A stretch of DNA of 64,000 bases from Octopus sinensis (lineage: Eukaryota). The notes under the pieces are model-generated. The model worked only from the letters and a program-made list of their open reading frames with translations, searched no databases and had not been told where the DNA came from. Shown here in pieces: positions 63,441 through 64,000 of this stretch (within the stretch, counting starts at the first letter, position 1; each line of letters opens with the position of its first letter). The stretch spans positions 149,978,001-150,042,000 of the forward strand of contig NC_042999.1 of NCBI RefSeq assembly GCF_006345805.1, read 5' to 3'. The translations under genes were made by a program, and so were the position numbers.

Positions 63441-64000
63441 GTAACCCTAACCATTACTCTAAACGTCGAAAACGGGTGGTGTGCGTATTCTTTACCTTCG
63501 CCGGAATACCAAACACAGGAACAGGACTGGTTGCGGAAAACACAGCAGAAACTACAATAATAAAAAGTACAGCAGAAACAACAACAGCAGCAAAATGAAA
63601 AGCAACAGCAAAAAAAAAAAACCCTCAGAAGGAAGTCCTAAAAGGAACACCAACTCAACAGAGTTACCCCTTCCCGAGTCTGACTCGGACATGTGCAAAA
63701 AAGAAAAAAACCGACAAAGAAGAGTGGAGAGCAGCCCCCCCCCCCCAAAAAAAAACAAACCAAAAACGGACACAACCACAGCACCTCCCCACAACACCCA
63801 CTTTACCAGCACCGCCAATACCACTGTCAGCACCGCACACAGAACAGAAACCACCATCAAAAAGCATATAAATCTTACTGCAATATACATAAAGAATACA
63901 CAACTAATGAAATACATACAAGAACGCCGACATTACCACAAGTCATTTTCTTTGTACACCACCCAAAAAACCACCACACACAAAGATCCTCAGCATTTCA

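Overview
Eukaryotic, repeat-saturated genomic DNA with no securely identifiable host gene. The tRNA-derived SINE families and very long (TA)n/(TACA)n/(TTA)n arrays suggest an octopus or other cephalopod genome; this is an inference from repeat content. Main contents: (1) a full-length Ty3/Gypsy LTR retrotransposon of the CsRn1/Kabuki type (45294-51169, minus; both LTRs, tRNA-Trp PBS, PPT, CATA TSD, CHCC Gag, predicted -1 frameshift signal); (2) a separate 1.2-kb solo LTR; (3) a near-complete CR1-group LINE with a CCCH-finger ORF1 (54069-57875), nested inside a Charlie/MER1-like hAT element; (4) a decayed mariner; (5) fragments of Tx1/L1, RTE, R4/Dong-like and HERO/NeSL-like LINEs; (6) a non-autonomous Helitron; (7) about 20 SINE copies from three families (working names A, B, C). 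Most notable: two apparent SINE-LINE partnerships visible in one window, one with a compensatorily conserved 3' stem-loop; a polarized nest of retroposon 3' ends in a (TTA)n array; and a possible host terminal exon split by the Gypsy insertion. Almost all other ORFs in the supplied track are microsatellite translation artefacts.
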